A stretch of 64,000 bases of DNA from Macrostomum hystrix. Lineage: Eukaryota > Animalia > Platyhelminthes. The notes under the pieces are model-generated. The model did no database searches. It saw only the letters and a program-made list of their open reading frames with translations, and was not told where the DNA came from. Of the stretch, positions 63,685 to 64,000 are shown piece after piece. The position numbers were made by a program, and so were the translations under genes. Numbering within the stretch: position 1 is the first letter of the stretch; each line of letters begins with the position of its first letter. The stretch is from assembly GCA_950097015.1 (NCBI GenBank), contig CATNEN010000003.1:13888001-13952000 (forward strand), read 5' to 3'.

Positions 63685-64000
63685 ATCTTCCCACATCCCC
63701 AAAACTGAGCTACCATCTACCCAGATCCCCAAAACTGAGCTACCATCTTCCCACATCCCCAAAACTGAGCTACCATCTTCCCAGATCCCCAAAACGGAGC
63801 TACCAATATGCCAGATCCCCAAAACGGAGCTACCAATATGCCAGATCCCCAAAACGGAGATATAATTATATGCCAGATCCCTAAAACTGAGCTACCATCT
63901 TCCCAGATCCCCAAAACGGAGCTACCAATATGCCAGATCCCCAAAACGGAGCTACCAATATGCCAGATCCCCAAAACGGAGCTACCAATATGCCAGATCC
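63685..64000. repeat. 30-bp intronic minisatellite (CCAGATCCCCAAAACGGAGCTACCAATATG), running off the window end
   Basis: Visible directly after the donor at 63656. Confidence 0.93.

Overview
This is eukaryotic (metazoan) genomic DNA with GT-AG introns, GC-rich exons and AT-rich non-coding sequence loaded with tandem repeats. That style suggests a Macrostomum-like flatworm, which is inference only. From left to right the window holds: (1) a ~3-4 kb tandem segmental duplication built from two minisatellites (1.9-8.9 kb); (2) a + strand multi-exon SOCS-box gene (10.3-14.3 kb); (3) a - strand tandem cluster of four intact two-exon clan-2-like cytochrome P450 genes plus one pseudogene (17.2-35.1 kb); (4) a hAT-type MITE and a possible solo LTR; (5) a compact three-exon salvador (Hippo pathway) gene; (6) the 5' part of a ZFYVE26/spastizin-like gene (43.1 kb to the window end) with an embedded DUF547-like domain. 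Most long ORFs in the supplied track are by-products of tandem repeats. The main observations are: patchwork gene conversion of CYP exon 2 that spares the substrate-recognition sites; an in-frame 213-nt exon bracketed by two inverted copies of one SINE; a probable element insertion in a coding exon that could be rescued as a new intron using its own target-site duplication; and a gene-wide pattern of one minisatellite per intron, in which repeat units carry splice-signal-like motifs (anti-donor CTCACCTG, candidate 9-nt micro-exons) and share cores between introns. All family assignments come from remembered motifs, not from database searches.
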